NCBI GenBank assembly: GCA_951406725.2
Contig: OX597816.1
Coordinates: 154,132,001-154,196,000, forward strand
Origin: Octopus vulgaris
Lineage: Eukaryota
Length of the DNA: 64,000 nt
Reading direction: 5' to 3'
Part shown: positions 50,254 through 62,502 of the stretch, piece by piece
Numbering within the stretch: position 1 is the first letter of the stretch
How the letters are laid out: every line of letters begins with the position of its first letter
Notes under the pieces: generated by a model
Database searches by the model: none
What the model was told of the DNA's origin: nothing
What the model saw: the letters and a program-made list of their open reading frames with translations, nothing else
Translations under genes and position numbers: made by a program

Positions 50254-51687
50254 TGCTAGCATGGGTTGGACAATTTTGACTGATGGCTGGCAAACCAGAT
50301 GGCTGCACCCGGCTCCAATCTTGATTTGGCAGAGTTTCTACAGCTGGGTGCCCTTCCTAACGCCAAAATTATAATAATAATATAGCTGAAGTGAGGTCAG
50401 TCACATTTTCTTTCTCTTCTGGTAGCGAGAGTAAGATCTGCTTGGGTAGTCTAGGAAATGATATTCAGGCAACATGCTCCTTTTAGAGTTTCTTTTAACC
50501 GAGTGAGCTCTTCCACACTTGACAATCTTGCTAGTTTTATTATCTCGCTGTTGCGGACCATATGTCCCTGCTGCAGTTTTTTTGTAACTGAATGCAGGTG
50601 TCTTGTCACAAAGTTTCTTCACCTGAATTCATTACAGTCTCTAGGTTTCAGCATCATGCAAAAGAATTAATAGGGTGACTAATATAAAGTCTTGTACATT
50701 TTTCAAATGAGTGCTGCCATCTTTGACATTTTCTTCATGTGTTTTAGAACTTAGCTGTAATGGCATTTTTGTCATTTGATAATATATTGAAACCAAATGT
50801 ATTAGATGCAGTTGAGTATTTCCGTGATCCTCTGTTTGTACTGTGACATACGAGTGACTAATATACTTTCATCTGTATTTAGTATTTATAGTTGTTCTCT
50901 TACTAAAATATGACTATTTCTTGTTTTTATTCTTAAATAGATGACTTAGTATAAGACTATCTTATTCAATGTATCCTTACTTTTTTAAGACAAGAGGGCA
51001 GAGATTTTTAGTTATTTTGATTTGGTTGTGCACTGGAGATCAATTAATAAAATTCCTGGCCCACTGTGCATAGAAATTTTAAAAAATACTGCTTTAAAGT
51101 TAAAATTCAGAAAAATATAGAAGTTTCCTTATCTTGTTTTACAGATCATACTTGTGTATAACAGTTATGAATAATGTTTTTCAAAATCTTCAAGTATTAA
51201 ATATAGATTTTATAATGTCTCAAATTCAGTCTTTGTTTTAATGTGTACATTTACATGCTTAAGGTACATTTTCTATGGTTGGATGCTCTTCCTGCTGCCA
51301 ACCCTTACTTGTCTCCAAAGAAATATTTTCCTGTGCTCAGACTTATTTTCATGGAATACTTGTTTACAAGTATCACCCACTATCTAGATGAAGAAGCACA
51401 AGCATACATATACATACTGTTGTTGAGTTTGATGTGAGGGAGATGTCTCCTTTTCTAGGAAATTGAGTGGTCACATATAGGCTTCCTTATTGGATAATTA
51501 TAGTCAATGAGTAATTGGAATTGGAAACAACTTATTTTCAATACACCAAAATTTATTCAACTCCCAGTTTGATTGCTATTGAGATGAATGACATCCTCCT
51601 CCTACTACTACTACTACTGTTGCTGCTGCTGCTCCACTACCTCCACACAGCCATACCTGCATCTGCTCATATGTGTGTGTAAAGACA

Positions 51688-51972
51688 CATGGCTTGGTGG
51701 TTAGGTTGTTGCACTCACAATTGCTAGATTTTAGGTTTGATTCTCAGATTAGGTGGTACATTGTGTTCTGGGGGAAAGCACTTTATTTCATGTTATTCCA
51801 TTCCATTCAGCTGTAAATGGGTAACCCCCCACGGCAGAATAGCCTTCTGGTCAGGAGGAATGTTGGCTTGCATGCCTAGCCAGTGTGATGGCATCAATTG
51901 AAAGCTAAAATGATGCAAATCGCATTGTGACCAATGATGTATAACATATGATAGTCTGGTTGATCATGTGTA
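51688..51972 (+). mobile_element. tRNA-derived SINE (3' end shared with 63443-63751)
   Basis: tggcttggtggttagg head; aagctaaaatgatgcaaatcgcattgtgaccaatgatgt tail. Confidence 0.65.
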
Positions 51973-52399
51973 ATTGTGGAGGGAACCTGTGGAAAGGGTA
52001 GACCCAGGAAGATGTGGAAGGAAGTGGGGAAAAAGGATCTTCAGATAATATGATATGAATTTCATATTTTAATGAAACAGACATTAAAATATGAAATTCA
52101 TATCATATTATCGGACACGTCTCCGAAATGGTCTGTCGATGAAACATTATCTTCGTGTATTAGTATATCCTGTTATGTTGTATAATCTCAAATTTTCTGC
52201 TGGACTCTGTGTTGTTACTTGTGAATCTTTATTACCTTGTATCTTATCGTGTGAATTGTTAATTCAATAAATCTTATATTATGTTGATGTTTTATATTTT
52301 GCCTGTGTGCTTATATATATGAGCATTTTTGAATATTTTTAAATACCTACGAGTTTTTATATCATATATCGACGTTTTTTATCTATTTATGTATTTTAT

Positions 52400-52600
52400 G
52401 GCACTTGTGCGGGTGGCACGTAAAAAGCACCCACTACACTCACGGAGTGGTTGGCGTTAGGAAGGGCATCCAGCCGTAGAAACACTGCCAGATTTGACTG
52501 GGCCTGATGAAGCCTTCTGGCTTCACAGACCCCAGTAGAACTGTCCAACCCATGCTAGCATGGAAAGCGGACGCTAAACAATGATGATGATGATGATGAT
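52400..52600 (+). mobile_element. Young RTE 3' tail insertion
   Basis: CpG-retaining ggcacgtaaaaagcacccactacactcacggagtggttggcgttagg...(GAT)n. Confidence 0.85.
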
Positions 52601-52878
52601 ATTTATGCCAACGTATTTTTAATATTTCTAAATATTAAATTTTTATATGTTTATATACTTGTATGTTTTGATACTGTATTATCTGGAACTTTATATTGAT
52701 TGATTAATGTCCATTGAAAGTAGACATATATATTGAACATTCTATTGTGTAATAGGTCATGTTTCTCTAGTTTTCTGCTGATATTGCCTCCATTGAAATT
52801 ATAAATTGGAACTTAGCTCAATTAGAGCACTTTAATTCTAGCCTGTTTCTGAGCATTGTTAAAATTAACATAAAATTG

Positions 52879-52914
<36 letters not shown>

Positions 52915-55900
52915 CATATCTGGACTTTAGACTACTTACCTGATAGAGAAACTGATTGTTTTGCTTGAAAGCTATGTTGGATTTGTCTTGAGGATAAAGA
53001 AAAAAGGCAAACAGAAGAGCTGTTACTGTTCAGGCTTAGATTACCTCTGGCTGAGCAAACCTATGATCGATCAGAAGTGTGCCATCTGTGACAAGTAAGC
53101 TATTGATTGTATTACAACCAGCAGTGGTGGTTATCTTTATTTCTTGGTGTTGTAACTTCGTTGTGGTTTTGGAGATGTTGTTGAGGTGTGTGAACAGGAG
53201 GGTTGCAATGATTGGGAAATATATTTCCAGAGTATTAACATTCTGCATTGTCATTTTCAACATCTCTTGAAAAACTGTTTATGGCAGTGTGTATTGAGTC
53301 TTCCAAGGGCCAAAGTTAAGGGTTGCTGACATTGTGAATTACAATCCCAATTGTACCTGCAATCAGTTTCACTTAATCAGTTTACTCACTTGAGTAATGT
53401 TGGCTTTGAGAGCTGCAGCATCTACCTGACATCTTTCATTAGAAGCATTGCACAACGAAGAAGAGACTGCTTCCACTGGAGTTGTACTTGGTAGAGACAT
53501 ATCTTTTTTGGTAAGGTAGTTTAGGAAAAGTGAACTCCATTCTTACTGTCTAGTCTGTCATTTGTTGAGACAGTAGAGTGTGAGTTGAAGGAGATTTGGT
53601 GGTTATTTCTAGCAAGTTGAGGGACTACTTTTTGCAGTGGTAAACTCTATTTTCTAATATCTGTAGCTTTAAGATCTTGTGAGTTCAAATCTACCATTGA
53701 CATTTTGATGAATATTTGAGTAAAGTACTCAAATTTGCGTCGTCTCAGTTTACCTAAATGTCAAGTGCAAAAAGATACCAACTCATGAGTGGGATTCATG
53801 CATTCTATTCAAGTGTATGTTTGCCTCTCATCCACATGAACCTGAGGCTCAGCACTTTCTTCTGATATTTGCTAAAAGCTTAAAATATATTTACTTTTTT
53901 TTTCTTTTATAATATAAATAGGTTTACAGAACATGGGTAGCTGAATGGGTATTGTATTGGAAAAGCAGCTAAGAGGTTAATAGTCTGAATCTTGGTACAG
54001 TTCACCTAGCTATGGATATGTACTACATTGTAGAAACAACTTCCCATTGATTACAGCATCAGCACCGTAAAAGTGGTGTGTATTTTAATTTGCTGTACTG
54101 AGTTCAATTTCTTTACTGACAATATCTTGGTGATGAATGACTTGCCAAAGGTACACTGCACAAAGGAAACTCTTAAATGTTATCCCTGATGACAAAAAGT
54201 CACCTCAATGATGGCAACATCACTTCCACCACCATTTATAATTATGTAGAGAAGACCATTAATAGTTATTTGACTTTTGCCAAAATGATATCAATACAAA
54301 ATACATGATATCAATAGTTCAGTAGTAGATTCATTAGCAGATTTAAATTTTTTTTCTGAAAAACTGTAAATATTTTCAATATTCTTGCATTAATACTCAG
54401 TGTATGTTTAGTCAATCATAACAATGTAGGTAAAACCAAATAACCTACTTACTGAATTATTTGTTTGCTAGGTTTTATTATTGATCAAAATAAAGGATGT
54501 TTCAGATGGATTCCCATAACTATTATTGATTGCTTTCCTTCAAATATGTTTTAAGCAGCAATAACTTGCATGTAGATGACTATCATTTACTCTCCTTTAC
54601 ATCTCTCTTTCTCTCTCTCAGACATGCACACACATACACCCATCCACTTTTGTTACTATTTATTCTGTGACCCTCTGGCTCTCTTCCCACCCAGTTGTGT
54701 AGGAGAGAAAAAAAAAACAAATGAATGAGGACAATGCAGAGAAGAGGGTACTTGCTTTAGTTTTGCAGGAGGTTCAATAGCTTTTCTGGTGCTGACAAAT
54801 AAATAGTGACAATGTAGAGAAGGGAAAATGGCTTTATCTTGCCAGATACAAATCAATCTCCTGTACTGGTGTCATGGAAAAGTATGGCCAATGCAGACTG
54901 CAAAGAGGTTGGTGAATGACTAGAGAGAATGTAGGCTTTAGTATTGCTGGGGACGAGACAACTTTCCAATGCTGGTGCCATGAAAAAAAATGCATCCAGT
55001 ATTTTCAGTAAAGGGTTGGCAATACAAAGGACATCATGCCAGAAAACGAAATGTATTTCCCCACCACTGCCCCCATGATCAGCTAGTGGTCCAGTAACTT
55101 CAAACAAGAACTGACTTGAACTGAAGCATGGAGTTTATCTTACGACTTGAATGCCACACCACTACAGAATATCACAGTGGCATGAAACTTGAGATAAGAA
55201 ACAAACTTTCAGTTTCAATAAAAGAAGAAACTGTGTGGGTGTATATCATCATCATTATCATTTAACATTCATTTTCCACTTTGGCATTGTTTGGAAGGTT
55301 TGACAGGATCTGGCAAGTCACAGAGTTGTGCTGAGTTCCAGTGTCAAAATTGGTATGATTTCTACAGTTTATGCCTTTTCTAATGCCAACCACTTTACAG
55401 TGTATACTAGATACTTTTTTCATGCCACTGGCACAAGTGAGATTGTCCTGGATTAATATTTGAACCATTAAGGCCAACAGCAAATGTGGCTAACAAGGAC
55501 AATCCTCACATAGAACATGCGATTGATTTAGCCACATGTGAATGTCGGAGTCAGTCATGGTTTCTGCTGTCTGGCCTTCCATTGCCATTGTCTCTCCTCT
55601 TTTTTCATTCTTTCAAACAATATAATGGCTCCCTCTTTAGTTCACAGCAGACATAATTATAAAATTGATAGGTGGCTTTAGAGAGAAAATTGTGTTTTTG
55701 AGCTAGTGATTGTGGCATGTGGCTGAGTGAATCCTTGCAAATCAATTTTTTAACATCTTTGAATGTGGTCTGTGTTTCAACAAGAGGAATAGGATCAAGT
55801 TATCTGTAAACTATTATCTAACCTATGTTTGTATGGAAATAAAGATGTTCAATTAGTGGTGATGGTGGTGATGGGGTCTAGTATATTAGACATGACAAGT

Positions 55901-56429
55901 TGGTAGCTTTCAGTTTTAATTCTGCTTTGTTATAACAGCTGTGAGAACTTGCATTGATTGTATTTTTTTTTCTTTGTGTAATTGATTTATTTGTTCTAGT
56001 AATAAGTTTGATGGTCTGGTCAGAATAAGTTGTGCATGCATTTAAGGACTTATCTTTTTTTAATACAAACTGTCTTCTGAATCTAGCATCTAATGTTGAC
56101 TAGTCTGTCTTTCAAACAACAATCTATTGTAACATCTGTTTATCCATTATTCTTTAGTCAAGAGTTCTTCCTTCTTTTTTCTTTCATTATGTTGTATCTC
56201 ACTTGGTGACTGACATTAATATCCACATCCATTTCAGGCCATTACTAAGGATTCAGGAGAGACAGTAAATTGTTCAGTTTGAATAAGAAAAGGATTTGTC
56301 AAAAATGTTAAACAAGCAAAATTGTGATTTTACATTTTTTACTTTTGTTTTCTAAGTCCAAATTTCACCACAGTAAATGTTAACTTTTATCACCCTGAGA
56401 TCACTAAAATATTTAGCAGTAATGCATAT

Positions 56430-57595
56430 CATCATCATATAACATCTGATTTCCTTTCTAGCATGGGTCAAACAGTTTGACAAGTACAGATGAGCCAGAT
56501 GACTGTGCCATGCTCTTTTGTCTGTTTTTTCAAATTTTCTATGGCTGGGTGCCCTTCTTGATGGCAGTCATTTTACAGAGTATATGTTTTTTTTCTTTTG
56601 TACCAGCACTAGCAGGGTCACTAAGCAACTTGCAAGATAGAGTTCCCTTGAATGATGGGAGTAGTATTGAGGAAGGTAGCTTTTTGCCAGTTGATATGAG
56701 GTTAAAAGAATAATAGAGATAGAGATAGGTGTTGTACTATAGAAGAGATACAAAGATACCCCAGTTGGAGAAGGAGGGAGAGAGAAAATAGGGATGGAAA
56801 GTAAGAAAGATGGTGGTGGGTATGTGTCAGGACATATCCTCAAGGTACTGTGGAGTGGGGTGAATATAGGTGAAGTGATACAGAAGATTGGTCTTGGTCA
56901 GTGGGCTGGGGTACAAAGGAAAATTCCATAAGAATGTGAGGAGCAATGGTTAGATTCGATAGAGATGATTATAGAAATTGATAGTGAGAGATATAGGAGT
57001 GGCTCAGGTATGTTAAATATATGAGGGAATTGGGAGTGACAGCAGATAAAAGAGGTGTTAAGGATGGAGTATAGCAGAGGGGAGAGAGTATGGCTTGAGA
57101 AAAGTAAAAGAAGAGAGGAGATGTATGTAGTATGTTCTTATTCCACTCTTAGGTGATTATGGTAGTCAAACAATACCAGAAATAGAGAAGTGATGAGTGT
57201 TAGGGAATGAGATGTAGGGAAAAAGCTTGATTGGGGGAGTGAGAATGAAGAAGTGAAGAGCTCTACACATGTAGACATTTATCAAGGTGGTTTTTGGATA
57301 TCGATTCTGTTGTGGTAGATGAGTCTTCTCAGGTACAGCAAGGTGCCAGATATCTTGGTCCTTTGTCATCTCTTCTACAAGGCTCAGCATCTTGAGATCA
57401 GCTTTCAATACTTCATCCCATATTTTCCTTGGTCTCCCTCTTCCACCAGTCCCATCCATTTTAAGTGATTGCCATTTTTTAATGCAACTATCCTTATCCA
57501 TATGCATCACATGACCAAACCAAGTTTTCTCTCTTGCACTCTGCATTCAATTCCTTTTATGCCTAACTTTTCTCTCAATACACTAACACTCTGTT
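56430..57595 (-). mobile_element. RTE LINE 3' end with long pyrimidine-rich 3' UTR
   Basis: Reverse strand reads WFGHVMHMDKDSCIKK...GRGRPRKIWDEVLKADL, then a UTR matching 770-1392 and 39360-40102. Confidence 0.8.
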
Positions 57596-60369
57596 TTGTT
57601 GCTAAAAGCTCTGAATTTTGTACACAAGCATCATACAATCTTCCTTAACTCAGAGAGACGTTTTGTTGCTAAAAGCTCTGAATTTTCTCCACCCTATTCT
57701 TATCATTCTTATACTGTGGTTATACTTCTTTGTAGCAACTGGACTTGTGTGTTTTCAAGCAGAGGAACAGAACCACACTTGATTTTAGTATTATTAAACC
57801 AAGCAAGATATACTTTTCCCCAGCATGTTGGACATCCCATCTTTGTTCAATGTCTGTCGTGACGTTAAAATGATACTGTAAATTTTTGACCTCTCCAAAT
57901 TGTCACTTTCATTTAAAGTTCAGTGAGTTTGGGGAAATAAGGTTCATGTTGATCTGCTAAAGACTCTTCCTTACCACAGTCTTATATCATTCTGAGTTTA
58001 TTCACTAAAATTCTTTATTCCCTCTAGTCATTTTAAGATTCAGATATCAATGTTAGACTATGCTTCACTAATGAGGTTTAATAATATCAAAACCTGTTTG
58101 GAGTTATACTGCCAAAAATTATATTTGTTCTAGTTTTAGACAATTTAAATTCCAAGTTTGTCTTCCTTGCCTTTCTCAATCATGATTAGTCTTTAGTAAG
58201 ATGTGGATTTATCATATAGCAGTCAAGTTCAGCAATAATTATAAAGCTAATATGATACTTTTAGTGTATATTAATCAGCAAAACAATATTTACTATATTG
58301 ATCAGGTAGTAAACTATCAACCTCATAATACGAACCAACATCAAACATAGTAAAGTGTTCTAACAGCAAGGTATGATTTCCTTTTTCTAGTAGTTTAATG
58401 GGAGTTTTCTTTTTCCTTTCATAAGAGAAAAAAGAATAAAGGATATTTTTCATTGTGTCAATACATCTTTTTATGTTTAATATGATTCATGTGAACCTAT
58501 GTTTCTTACTGAATACTTGGGTATTTAGCTATTCTTATTGATGAAAAAATTTGCTTTGGCTGGATTCACTTGAATCATAAATTTTTTTTTTATTGTTCTC
58601 CAAATATTCTTCATGTAAAAGTAGTTTTCATATTTTTACCCTACTTTTATTTTCAACATAAATGATTTAATAATAATGTTTTTATGTACAGTACCTAATT
58701 TTAGCCACAAAATAAGAAAATTAAGGGCATAGTTTTATTTTTTTGTTCTCATTTAACTCTTATGAATATACTCTTCAAAGACCTTAGTAAATAAGATTTT
58801 CTGACAGTTCATGAATAAATTTTACAAGTGCTTTCAAAATTTAAAAGCTATCATTGGCTATTTTAGGAAGATAGTAGTATGGAATATATTCACATAATAT
58901 GGTATAAATTGAAATTTAGGCAAGTTTTATTCTTTGTTGCCTTATATTCCACATGATCTTCAGTGTTTTACATGTTTTGCTCTAGTATTAATATTAGTAG
59001 TGGTTATGATGGTGGTGGTGGCTGTTGTTAAATTCTGTGCTGATTTTTGAGATTGATACATGATAAAATGATTAGGGTATTTTGTAACTGGGTTGCAAGT
59101 GGGTAACTTTTCATCCTGTCAGTACTGCATTTATGGAAAAGATATTTAGCTTTTAATGGCTAGGATTTCCTGGCTACATGCATAACATGTAGAGACAAAG
59201 TTCTGTAATCAATGAGGACACTCTAAAAATGATAATTGTTTCCTTAGCTTGTAGTCTTCAGCTCAAATATTTTCATTTGTTTGCGAGATGGCAACAAGAA
59301 ACCTTTACAGTGAATTACTTCTTGAACCTCAAAATGTAAAGACATATTCATATAGGTGCAGATTTGGTTGTGTTAAGAAGCTTGCTTCTTTGTCAAGTGT
59401 ATACTACTATAGCCCCAGGTCCAACTAAATTCTTGTAAGTGAATTTGGTAGATGGAAACTGAAAAAAAGACTCTGTGTGTGTGTGTGTGCACACACACAC
59501 ACATATACAAACATATCCGAAAAATAAACTTTGAACAAATCTATTTTTTCTTATTTTTTTCTTTTATGTGTTTCAGATCATGACCAGTTTTTTCATTCCT
59601 CTACGACCATTTTATTTTGTGTTTGTTTTCATGCTGCTATTGTATTTACTACTGTAAAGAATTTTTTTATATGCTTCCACAACCAAATCTTTCTTGCCAA
59701 CTTCAGATTTCTAATCAAACTTATTTAGCAAATATATCTACTTTTTTTTTCTCAACAAGTTACAATCTTAAATAGGAACACGGCTTAAAGATCAACAAAT
59801 TATTTCAATTTGTTGATACTAGCATCATTCGTTACACATTTCCAATGGGACAACCACAAATTCATTGCATCTTTGATGACATGTCTATAACCCAGTGCAA
59901 GGAATTTTATAAAGCACAGTTTCTTGTTTTCTTGCTGACATTTATATCTTAATGTCAATATAAATCAAACGTGCATGCATACATACACAAACACATATAT
60001 TTATATACATATACACAACAGGCTTTCATATCATTGCCTCTACCAAATTCTGTTTACAAGGTATTGATCAACTTTTGACAGTAGTGACAGATACTTGCCC
60101 AAAATGGCATGCAGTGGTATCGAATCTTGAACCACATGGTTGTGAAGCAAACACCTTAAACATTCAGCTCTGCTTGCAAATTTTGATTACATTTATAGTT
60201 TCAATAACAATATAACAATTTCAGAATGATGATACTTGATCCTTCCTTTCTTAGGAAGAGTGTTGCTCATCAATTCCAAAATAAGTTCTAATATTTGACT
60301 TGTAGGAAAGAATCTTCACCAACTTGATATTGACTGCATAATTGTTAAAAATTTAATTTTTTATTCCAG

Positions 60370-60487
60370 GTATTTTGGTGACATCTACAAAAACCTCAAG
60401 TAATACATATGCCTACAACACAATTACTGTAGTGCTGTTTACAGAATTTCTGAAACTTTTGGCAGCAATGCTTATATATTTAAAAAA
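60370..60487 (+). CDS. senju: senju-like SLC35A-family transporter, coding exon 2 (gene continues right of the window)
   Basis: Acceptor tttttattccag|GT and donor AA|gtaagc; 118 nt, phase 1 matches exon 1. Translates GILVTSTKTSSNTYAYNTITVVLFTEFLKLLAAMLIYLK, similar to Senju GIFVTASQESNNSYGYNTVTVVLLTEVFKL (SLC35A TM2 'T-V-x-x-x-E-x-x-K' motif). Confidence 0.9.
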
Positions 60488-61112
60488 GTAAGCCATCTTT
60501 AATTTTCATATAACCTGTGTCCTACAATGTATATTATCCTCTTTACTTGAAACTAAAATTGTTTTTCTTTTTCCTTTTCCTTATATCATCATCAGCATTT
60601 TTATATCTGCTTTTTCATATTAGCATGGGTTCATAAGGTTATTATGAACTGAGTCATGTAGTTTGGGCCTTATGTCTTCTATTATAGCCATGGGTTGACC
60701 AAAGCCTTGTGAGTGTATTTAGTAGGCAGAAAAATGAAATAAAACCATTGTGTGTGTGTGTGTGCACATGCATGTGTATGAGTTCACCTTTCCCTTGATT
60801 TTGCTAGTTTGCAAGGAATAGCTACCTGACATTGTTTGTTTGCAGTCCACCACAAAAGCATATCTGGGCCTGTTCCTTGTTCAATAGACTGGGAATTTAC
60901 TAATTTACTTGAAAACAAGTGGGAGTTGGCAACATGATAGGTGTCTTATCATAGAAAATTCTTCTACAACACATTTTTTTCTGACACATGCAAGCATGGA
61001 AAAATAAATGATAAAATGATGATGGTCTGTGTGTGTGTGTATGTGTGTGTGTGCACGTATGTGTATACACACACACACACACAAATCATCATTTTCACAT
61101 TTATATATTACT

Positions 61113-61484
61113 TTTTTACTTGTTTCGGTCATTTGACTGTGACCATGCTGCAGCACTGCCTTTGGTCGAGCAAATTGACCCCAGGACTTATTCTTTGTAA
61201 GCCTAGTACTTATTCTATCAGTCTCTTTTGCTGAACCACTAAGTTACGGGGACGTAAACACACTAGCATTGGTTGTCAAGCGAGGTTGAGGGAACAAACA
61301 CACACACACACACACACACATACATATATACGACGGGCTTCTTTCAGTTTCCATTTACCAAATCCACTCACAAGGCTTTGGTTGGCCAGAGGCTATAGTA
61401 GAAGACACTTGCCCAAGGTGCCACGCTGTGGGACTGAACCCGGAACCATGTGGTTCATAAGCAAACTACTTACCACACAGCCAC
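61113..61484 (-). mobile_element. Near full-length tRNA-derived SINE
   Basis: Near-identical organisation to 20965-21360. Confidence 0.85.
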
Positions 61485-61599
61485 TCTCTCTCTCTCTATA
61501 TATTTTTATTCTAATATAATTCGTTTGTTATAGACTTCCCTTAACACATGTACTATGACATGCAGTAACTGTCAGGAGTTATCTGAGGCATACCTACAC

Positions 61600-61890
61600 A
61601 TGTGCCCAAGGAATTTCTTTCCTTAAACTTTTCAAAAACAAATATATTTTAATGAAATTCTCTACAAATACACTTGAGATGGTATAGATTTGATGTAGAT
61701 TCGAATTATATTGCTATTTATTGTGGTTATGGATTTCTTGAAGAAGAATGTAACGAGTGTCCGTATGTCTGTGTGCTATACCACCAGTTTTTATTTGCAT
61801 ATTAAATTCTGATATAGTTGTAATCTACATACTCTGAAATGTATTTATCAACATCTTAATTTTAAAATATCTACTTTTCCGAAAGTAACT
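61600..61890. mobile_element. Degenerate copy of the 4354-5673 foldback family
   Basis: attttaatgaaattctctacaaatacac on the left and gtaatctacat...aaaatatctacttttccgaaagt on the right match the two arms. Confidence 0.55.
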
Positions 61891-62238
61891 AACTATATAT
61901 GTATATATATATGTATATATACGTGTGTGTATGTATGTATGTATGTATGTATTAAAAACATTTACCATCTCAACTATTTTCAGCAAAAAAATACTTGCTG
62001 AAGGCCAGTTTTCATCAATATTTTTTTGCTGGAAATAGTTAGAAACCGTCGGTCTGGGAAATAGTTGAGATGGTAAACGTTTTTAATTTTCATTCCTTTC
62101 GAGAATTTAACCTTTTTTTGTGAAAAACTGCGGTGCATCAGCATGGCCGCAGCTCGTGAGCTGAAACTAGATGAAAGGGAAAAAAATGAAAATATATATA
62201 TATATATATACACACATTTTCTTTTTTTTCTTATTCTG

Positions 62239-62502
62239 TAGTTTCAGCTCAGAGCTGCGGCCATGCTGATGCACCGCAGTTTTGCTTCACTGTTATTACT
62301 GAGATCCTCCTCCAATATGTGGCACTTGGTGAAGAGTGGAGTTTGATGTAGCTACCCTCATTTGCACCTCTTGCTGTGAGGTAGGTTCATCTGGTACTCT
62401 CGACAGGAAGAGGTCCAGCTTTGATTTAAAAACACATATATCTACATTGTACGGATTCCTCAGGCTCTTTGGTAGAATATTAAAAAGCTGTGGGCCCTTG
62501 AA
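62239..62502 (-). mobile_element. CR1/L2-group LINE 3' end (same family as 7630-8137)
   Basis: Reverse complement of about 7873-8135. Confidence 0.85.

Noticed and set aside
53922-54430. Acceptor-like site (tttt...aaatag|g) and following unique sequence as an exon
   Set aside because: No sustained open frame, and exons 1 and 2 already join seamlessly without it.
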